DNA of 64,000 nucleotides from an uncultured Bacilli bacterium (GTDB lineage Bacteria; Bacillota_I; Bacilli_A; RF39; UBA660): NCBI GenBank assembly GCA_934102255.1, contig CAKOSN010000006.1, positions 11,574 to 75,573 of the forward strand, read 5' to 3'. Shown piece by piece: positions 59,426 to 64,000 of this stretch (position 1 is its first letter; each line of letters starts with the position of its first letter). The notes under the pieces were generated by a model. It saw only the letters and a program-made list of their open reading frames with translations, ran no database searches and was not told where the DNA came from. The position numbers and the translations under genes were made by a program.

Positions 59426-60817
59426 CTATCTAGTTCTAACGTTAATTTCAATATTATTTAGTTTACAAGCATTTTGAAAATTTTCCAAAAATCTATTTGT
59501 ATCAATATTATATTCTTCTGGTACATCAAACATAATTGTATTCATCATTTTTTCATACACAGCATAAGCTTCATCATACGACATACCTTCTTTTAAATAT
59601 TTTTTAAAATACATATTACAAATATAATCATAAATAGGATAATAAGATTCCTGCGTAGTTTTAATTCTATCATTATGATAATCATTATACTGAAATTGAA
59701 TTAATTCTAATATTTTAGCAGCATTATTCTCTTCATTATTATATTCATCTAACTTGCTAGCATAATAACTAATACTTCTATTAGCATAATCAGTTAAAGT
59801 ATAATTATCTAAACAATCTAACATTACTCTTGTATAATTACTTTGCAATTGATAAGCAATATCATCCTCAGCATAATCAAACAAGCTAACAGCGAATAAA
59901 GAATTTAAAGCCTCAGCTATTACAACATTAGAATAATTTTGTCCTTCACACTGAATACGATATTTTTTATCATTTTCTTCAAAAGAACAACTACGAAGTG
60001 CATGACTTAACTCATGATAAATAACTTGATAATCCCATGTACCTTTTTCATACTTTTTATCTTTTAAAACATATATTTTGTTTTCAAACCTATTATAACA
60101 TCCACTAGAGCTAACACTTAAAGAAGCGGATACTAATTCTCCTTTTGTACACTCCACAATTTCTATCGTTTGTAAATTCTTATAAAATGGTCTTAAATCA
60201 ACATCAGGATATTTAGATGTAACAGCATTTATGTACTCAAGTAATAATGGACGAAAATTATCAGTAATCTTAGAATTGGTTTTAACTGCATTAATTAAAT
60301 CATCCTTGGTAACCTTTTCATTGCCAAAAATCTTGTTTAAATATGTATTATCATATACAAATACAAAACTAGAATTGGTTCCTTCTAAATAAGTATCAAC
60401 TCCTTTTTGTTCCTTGGAAGTCTCTTTAGAAATATAGTTTTCGATATCTTCAATACTCATATATTTAACTGTATTCGAGTTAATTTTAGCGGCATTAATT
60501 CTCTTATTACTTTCATAAATCTGATGAGCAATAGTTATTGTACTTAACGATAAAGCAACAACTATATTCCCAATAATTATCTTCGGAACTAATTTAAACT
60601 TTCCTTTCTTTTTAGTACTCTTGCCATCATTTATAATCAATTCTAAAGCTGGATTATTTAAAACCTCCACCAAATTAAAAAATTCATCAAAAGTTAAATA
60701 GCCAACACTACCATCTTTATTTTGTTTTAAAAAGAAATGTTTATTATTATTATCTAGTAACATTACATATTTTTGATTTTCAAAATAAAATTCTAATACT
60801 TTAGTATATTCTTTCAT
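59426..60817 (-). CDS. Membrane-anchored HExxH (gluzincin-like) protein coupled to essC of module 2
   Basis: Start taken at the ATG with AAGAGG 6 nt upstream (MKEYTKVLEF...; the tracked ORF starts at a TTG at 60844). It has one TM helix (about IIIGNIVVALSLSTITIAHQIY) and the motif VIYHELSHAL followed by VIAEALNSL. Its stop lies 3 nt before the essC GTG. Confidence 0.65.
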   Translation of the reverse strand: MKEYTKVLEFYFENQKYVMLLDNNNKHFFLKQNKDGSVGYLTFDEFFNLVEVLNNPALELIINDGKSTKKKGKFKLVPKIIIGNIVVALSLSTITIAHQIYESNKRINAAKINSNTVKYMSIEDIENYISKETSKEQKGVDTYLEGTNSSFVFVYDNTYLNKIFGNEKVTKDDLINAVKTNSKITDNFRPLLLEYINAVTSKYPDVDLRPFYKNLQTIEIVECTKGELVSASLSVSSSGCYNRFENKIYVLKDKKYEKGTWDYQVIYHELSHALRSCSFEENDKKYRIQCEGQNYSNVVIAEALNSLFAVSLFDYAEDDIAYQLQSNYTRVMLDCLDNYTLTDYANRSISYYASKLDEYNNEENNAAKILELIQFQYNDYHNDRIKTTQESYYPIYDYICNMYFKKYLKEGMSYDEAYAVYEKMMNTIMFDVPEEYNIDTNRFLENFQNACKLNNIEINVRTR

Positions 60818-60852
60818 ATTTAACCTCTTTTTATCACTACACAAGTAGTACT

Positions 60853-60902
60853 TACTATTCTTATATTAAGTATAACACATAAAATTAGCTATTCACAGTA
60901 AA
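60853..60902 (-). promoter_or_regulatory. Conserved 50-nt promoter block upstream of module 2
   Basis: 49/50 identical to 52163..52212, with the extended -10 TGTTATACT on the minus strand. Confidence 0.55.
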
Positions 60903-60969
60903 ATAGTATTTTAAATTTAATCTCGTATTATTTTTAATTTAGGTTATAATATCACTGAGTGTGATTTAT

Positions 60970-62157
60970 ATGTCTAAAATTAAATACTTTATTTTTCTAA
61001 TTTTATTACTTTTTCCATTGTTTGTATTAGCATTAGAATATCCAACTAATCATTATAGTAATGCTATTATTTACGATTTAACAGATTCTAAAACTTTATA
61101 CGAATTAAATTCTAATGAAAAAGTATCGGTGGCTTCCCTAACCAAAATTCTTACTGTTATAACAGCTATTGAAAATATAAATAATTTTAATACTAAAATA
61201 ACTTATACTAAAGAAATGCAAAGTCTTGTAAGATATGACACCTCTAAAGCGGGTTTAAAAATTGGTGATGAAATAACTTATATGGATTTATTATATGCAA
61301 CGATGCTTCCATCTGGTGCTGATGCAGCTACCGCCCTTGCTTTATCAGTAAAAAATAATATTTCAGCATTTGTTAGTCTAATGAATGAAAAAGCTAAAAA
61401 CTTAGGGATGACTAACTCTTCTTTTACTAACGTTGTTGGTCTTGATGATACTAACCACTATAGTACAGCTTCGGATATCTTAAAAGTTTTAACATATGCC
61501 CTTAAAAATCCTACTTTTAAAAGCGTTTATACGTCAAAAGAATACACCTTATCAAATGGTCTTAAAGTAGCAAGTACCCTTAATATTTATAATAAAAATG
61601 TCAATCTAGACACATCACGTATCATTGGTAGTAAAACTGGTTACACAAGTAAAGCTAATCTTTGTATCAGTACTCTAATAGAATCTAACAATCACGAAAT
61701 ACTAATTATTACTCTAAATACTCCCAAAACTAATGACTATTATCTTTTAAAAGATATTCTAAAGTTAATTGATTTTTTAGATGATAATTATAACAATCAA
61801 ATAATATATACAACAGATAATATCATAAAAACGATAAAAGTTCTAAATAGTAAAAATTTATATTACATTAAACCAAGTAAAAATGTTTATGCTTACCTTC
61901 CAAACGACTATCAAAAGAAAGATATTAAAGCCGCATATTTAGGTAAAGAAATCATTCATCTTAAAGATTTTCAAGATTCTAAAATAGGTATTATTAACTA
62001 TTATTATCAAGATAATCTAATCTATTCTGAAAATGTTTATATAGATTTAAGTACTTATAGAAATAAATTACTAATATTAATAATTTTATCTTTAGTTCTT
62101 ACAACAACGTTTATATCTAAAATAATTTCACAAAAAAAGATGACCGAAGTCACCTAA
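60970..62157 (+). CDS. D-alanyl-D-alanine carboxypeptidase (PBP5/6-type, S11) with a C-terminal TM anchor
   Basis: ATG at 60970 gives the signal sequence MSKIKYFIFLILLLFPLFVLA. Motifs are SVASLTKIL (SxxK), LPSGAD (SxN-like) and SKTGYT (KTG). The C-terminal TM is LLILIILSLVLTTTFI. Confidence 0.8.
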   Translation: MSKIKYFIFLILLLFPLFVLALEYPTNHYSNAIIYDLTDSKTLYELNSNEKVSVASLTKILTVITAIENINNFNTKITYTKEMQSLVRYDTSKAGLKIGDEITYMDLLYATMLPSGADAATALALSVKNNISAFVSLMNEKAKNLGMTNSSFTNVVGLDDTNHYSTASDILKVLTYALKNPTFKSVYTSKEYTLSNGLKVASTLNIYNKNVNLDTSRIIGSKTGYTSKANLCISTLIESNNHEILIITLNTPKTNDYYLLKDILKLIDFLDDNYNNQIIYTTDNIIKTIKVLNSKNLYYIKPSKNVYAYLPNDYQKKDIKAAYLGKEIIHLKDFQDSKIGIINYYYQDNLIYSENVYIDLSTYRNKLLILIILSLVLTTTFISKIISQKKMTEVT

Positions 62158-62165
62158 TTATCTAA

Positions 62166-64000
62166 TTATTTTAAACTAATACTATTCATAATACTATCTC
62201 TATAAGAATTGCATGCGTCTAAATTATCTTTACCGCTTTCATAACTTACTACATATACCTTGCCATCTTTGCTTGTAAGATAGTAATAATCAGTAGAAAA
62301 TGAACCAACATTAGAAAAATTATACCAATTAATATTATTAATTTTTGTAGTAGTTACTGAAGTTCCAGAATTATTTTGAACATAATACTTTCGCATAGCA
62401 TTTGCAAGACCTTCTGCACTCTTATACCCATTAGGACTATAGAATCCAAACTTACAATCGCCAAACATTTGACTACTACTTAGCTCATACTCAAAATGAT
62501 AATCGCTACTTCCCCAGAATGAGTCTTCTTCGAAACCACTTGGAATAGTAACATTAAAAGTATTATTAATATTTACTGATGTATTATAAGATATAGAACC
62601 ATTAAATGTATAATTTTCATTTGTATCATCATTATTTTCTGAATCACCATTACTTGAATCATTATTATTATTCGAATTATCTTTAGAAGTATTATCATTT
62701 TTATCTGAAACACTCCAATTTATATTACCAAAAATATTTTTAAAGAAATTAACTGTACCAGTTATCATAGAAATAATTAAAGCAATAGTAGTAATAGTAC
62801 CAGTAACATACATGGCAAGCGCTAATAACTCTTTACTTATTCCACCACTAAGTTTACTAGCCATAAGTAAGGCATCTTTACTAACATTAGCATATTCACT
62901 CTTAATTTTATTAACCTTTTTACTTGCATCCTGTAAATAAAATTTATTAACAAATAAAGCTAAAACTATTCTTAAAACAATTCCAAACAAAAAGCCGATT
63001 TTTATAACATTTGTTAAAATTGTTTCTACAACACATAAACCAATACCATACCAGAACATTTTTCTATAAGCTAAATATATAGGTCCGAATAGTAAAGCCC
63101 AAATATTGAATTTACCGTTCTTAAATTTGTCATATTTAGTTCCAACATAAGCTTCAATTAGTTCCTCATCAGCAGATTGTTCTGCCTTATTTTCATAAAC
63201 TTGACCATTAGTATCAGTATTATTCTGATTAATATTTATACTATTATCCTGAGTATTTGCTTGAACTTGGTTAGTATCAGTAACATTAGTATTTTGATTT
63301 ACCTCATTAGAAACAACACTATTATTAAAATCATTAGGAATAACTTGATTAGAAACAGGGCTTTGACTTTGAACATCAACCGGATTAAAACCAGCATTGC
63401 CATTATCAATAACAATTCCAACACCAACAGAACTATCAGGATTTACTGGTTCTTGAGTAACATGTACTGGATTAACAGCATTACCATCTTGATTTATAAC
63501 ATTAGAATTAACATCAATAGCATTTGAAACAGGATTTTGAATACCTACTTGACCATTAGTAGCATTCGTAGATGCATCATATTGACCATTACTAGTATCA
63601 ATCTTACTAAAAACGCCCATATTATTTACATCATTAACAACTTGACTATTTTTGCCACTCAAGTTAACAGTATCAACATTAGGAATTGTATTAACATTAT
63701 CATTAGATTGGAAAACAGGAACATCTTGCGTACTATTTCCGTTAAAAGTAATTTCACTTGGATTTACATTATTAATATTATTATCAACATTACTATTTGC
63801 TAAAGTAACATTTGGCATTTGTATAGAAGATTCAATATTGCTACTACCAAAAACATCTTGTACATTAATACTTGCAGAAGCATCTATACTAGAAGCCTGA
63901 CTATTATTTGCATTATTATTATCAAAATTAACAGTTCCACCAACATTAGGTTCTATCATAGAACCATTAACATTTGTACCATTTAATGTTTGATTATTAT
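62166..64000 (-). CDS. Asn/Val/Gln-rich membrane protein (DUF2628-like TM region), probably 5'-partial at the window edge
   Basis: A 597-aa ORF runs from the ATG at 63959, but the frame stays open with the same N-rich composition up to base 64000. The central motif is KFKNGKFNIWALLFGPIYLAYRKMFWYG plus 3-4 TM helices, followed by a C-terminal globular domain. Confidence 0.55.
   Translation of the reverse strand, partial: NNQTLNGTNVNGSMIEPNVGGTVNFDNNNANNSQASSIDASASINVQDVFGSSNIESSIQMPNVTLANSNVDNNINNVNPSEITFNGNSTQDVPVFQSNDNVNTIPNVDTVNLSGKNSQVVNDVNNMGVFSKIDTSNGQYDASTNATNGQVGIQNPVSNAIDVNSNVINQDGNAVNPVHVTQEPVNPDSSVGVGIVIDNGNAGFNPVDVQSQSPVSNQVIPNDFNNSVVSNEVNQNTNVTDTNQVQANTQDNSININQNNTDTNGQVYENKAEQSADEELIEAYVGTKYDKFKNGKFNIWALLFGPIYLAYRKMFWYGIGLCVVETILTNVIKIGFLFGIVLRIVLALFVNKFYLQDASKKVNKIKSEYANVSKDALLMASKLSGGISKELLALAMYVTGTITTIALIISMITGTVNFFKNIFGNINWSVSDKNDNTSKDNSNNNNDSSNGDSENNDDTNENYTFNGSISYNTSVNINNTFNVTIPSGFEEDSFWGSSDYHFEYELSSSQMFGDCKFGFYSPNGYKSAEGLANAMRKYYVQNNSGTSVTTTKINNINWYNFSNVGSFSTDYYYLTSKDGKVYVVSYESGKDNLDACNSYRDSIMNSISLK

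Overview
This is a very AT-rich (by eye well under 30% GC) Firmicutes/Bacilli-type chromosomal segment, and almost all genes lie on the minus strand. It reads with the standard bacterial code: TGA is a real stop (for example parE and the ylbD-like gene) and Trp is TGG. Housekeeping anchors are parE-parC, thrS and trpS (each behind a T-box leader), a NifS-type cysteine desulfurase, a small ferredoxin, a PBP5-type DD-carboxypeptidase, and YlbD/YlbE-, YutD- and YunB-like proteins. Accessory content: (1) At 45.1-60.9 kb there are two tandem, diverged copies of a stripped-down type VIIb-like secretion module. Each has EssC, a YukD/EsaB-like ubiquitin-fold protein and six small helical proteins including WXG100-type ones. 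No EssA/EssB/EsaA-like genes are present, and one copy is preceded by a translationally coupled membrane HExxH protein. (2) At 0.07-4.4 kb there is a Tad-like operon (ParA/TadZ-like, TadA/CpaF-like, TadB/TadC-like) whose ATPase homologue seems to have lost its catalytic motifs. (3) There are three copies of a ~0.45 kb unit with the layout of a type I toxin-antitoxin locus: a conserved 24-aa hydrophobic peptide ORF convergent with a strongly promoted small RNA. (4) There are three IS remnants: a frameshifted IS30-type element with 19-bp flanking duplication, a 0.5-kb IS3/IS150 orfA-only derivative, and a decayed IS256-type element with TGA at conserved Trp positions. (5) There is a 750-aa protein with a prepilin-type N-terminus and Cys-rich Ig-like repeats, and a secreted S1 protease. 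(6) There are two tandem sigma-70 paralogues with a shared long N-terminal extension. I saw no rRNA, tRNA or CRISPR array. All homology calls come from reading the translations by eye. No database search was run.
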